Positions 62,705-64,000 of a stretch of DNA of 64,000 nt are shown here, in pieces; the first letter of the stretch is position 1, and each line of letters begins with the position of its first letter. Under the pieces are notes generated by a model. That model was not told where the DNA came from and did not search any database. It worked only from the letters and a program-made list of their open reading frames with translations. Position numbers and translations under genes: made by a program. The DNA comes from Lingula anatina (taxonomy: Eukaryota; Animalia; Brachiopoda): NCBI GenBank assembly GCA_051362555.1, contig CM120645.1:12462001-12526000 (forward strand). Direction: 5' to 3'.

Positions 62705-62897
62705 AAGAAACATTGTCCTTATGTGATGGTGCACCCACACCAAGAAAACTTGTCTCCCAGATAATGGGCCACCCACATAAAAAACCCAGTCTCTTTTGTG
62801 GTGGTGCACCCACATCAAGAAACCCAGTCTTCTATATGATGGTGCACCCATGTCAAAAAAAAAAAAAAGGAACAGTTTTCTATAGGATGGTGCACCC
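62705..62897 (-). repeat. Minisatellite of about 38 bp overlapping the SSUH2 stop codon
   Basis: GGTGCACCC core at 62728, 62766 (variant), 62803, 62841 and 62889. Confidence 0.85.
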
Positions 62898-64000
62898 GCA
62901 GCAGCAGGACTGTGGATAGTTGGACGTCCACACCTTGTTCTCAAAGCCATATACAAAGAAGTTGTAGTCTTTTCCCTTCCAGGTGTACAGGCTTTCTGTC
63001 ACTGGGATGATACGCACTTGGTGACGCTGGAATCAAGTACATAAGAATAAATGCTCTCAGGAAGTAATGGATTCCAACAATGCAATAGATGGCTTCAAAA
63101 ACACATTCATGAAAAGATTTCACAGCCGAATCTAAAATCCTGCTTTGTTTTCAACTTAATATAGTTCAGCAGCTTGGTACATAAGTAACATACAATTGAG
63201 AACCTGTATACACATAAACCAAAATACAATTCTGCTGAGATGGCTTTGTCAGCTAGAGCTTAAGGGAAACACAAGGGGATTTTTTTTGCTTTTATTTCTT
63301 TTTTCTTTTCTTTTATTATTTTTATTTTTTGTTCTATTTATTTATTTTTTTGCATAATGATCAAGAAAAGCACAATCGCCATAAATAAGAGCTGTGCTCA
63401 CACCAAAGACAATTCACTTTGAGTTACTCCCTACCTGCAACAAAATCCTCTCCATCTGGAACTGTGTGTTGTGTCTCTCTACCAGTTGTTGGGATGCCTG
63501 GTTGATGGTTGCATCTGGGAAGTGGTTGATGGGCCAGACACGAGGAAGTTCCTCCTCGAAGGCCACCTGCCCAGTCACTGACCGGATCAGTTCATCGGGC
63601 AGGGATGTACGCTCTACGATGTGGTCATTCATGTTGTTGGTCCTGAAAAGGGCATGTCACTTTAATTTTTCTGAATTTTTAAAAAAATTATTGTTTGAAT
63701 ATAATCAAATACAAATAGAAAAGTTTTTATAAGTGGTGAAAAATGTAATACATAACTTGTTTAATATCTCAAAATAAACTACACACAAAATTTAGCAGAT
63801 ATTCCATGAACTCGAAACCCATCTGTGGCTGAAATAATTTTTTAGCATTTTGTAGTCAGGAGGAAGTAAATTAGATCTTTAATAATGAATTCTTTTAATC
63901 ATCAGCTGTGTTAATTGTTAAAGTAAATAAAAGTTGATTCTGGTGCTGTATTCATCCTGTTTCCACACACATGCCTACTTACCATGTGATGGTCAAGCGT
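62880..64000 (-). CDS. SSUH2: Protein SSUH2 homolog, 3' part (gene continues beyond the window)
   Basis: Exons >64000-63983, 63642-63435, 63026-62880 with consistent phases: RLTITWTNNMNDHIVERTSLPDELIRSVTGQVAFEEELPRVWPINHFPD...ERILLQRHQVRIIPVTESLYTWKGKDYNFFVYGFENKVWTSNYPQSCCCGCTIL*; family recognised from memory, with C-terminal CaaX. Confidence 0.88.

Noticed and set aside
62705-62897. CRISPR-like repeat/spacer appearance (also the CAACGTTG arrays at 31140-32065)
   Set aside because: The intervening sequences are homologous to each other, the context is eukaryotic, and no cas genes are present.

Overview
This is AT-rich, intron-containing invertebrate (metazoan) genomic DNA; the taxon cannot be assigned from the sequence. 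All coordinates and counts were read by hand. The window has four parts. (1) 1-22 kb: a CpG-poor stretch with no credible ORF, carrying several MITEs and candidate non-coding exons, probably the long 5' intron region of a minus-strand gene whose promoter and first exon lie near 22.1-22.5 kb. (2) 23.9-43.0 kb: a direct segmental duplication. Each copy has a TATA-driven gene for a secreted Arg/Gly/His-rich, atypical Kazal-like protein (copy A 214 aa with two domains; copy B 132 aa with one chimeric domain made by in-frame deletion) and a tRNA-Pro(UGG), intact in B and decayed in A. A nested transposon pile separates the copies, and four TE insertions expand B's introns. (3) 48.1-49.5 kb: a two-exon gene missed by the ORF track, encoding a secreted 237-aa coiled-coil protein (about 45% Ala in the core) with Gly-Tyr-Tyr near both ends. 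(4) 54-64 kb: SPRTN (intronless CDS) head-to-head with seven-exon ATP5F1C, and the 3' end of an SSUH2 homolog whose CaaX/stop sequence is tandemly repeated in its 3' UTR. The most interesting items are the candidate secreted-biomaterial gene cluster, the Kazal domain-fusion paralog, and recurrent TA to TA-GGCC-TA micro-insertions between the paralogs that look like transposon excision footprints.
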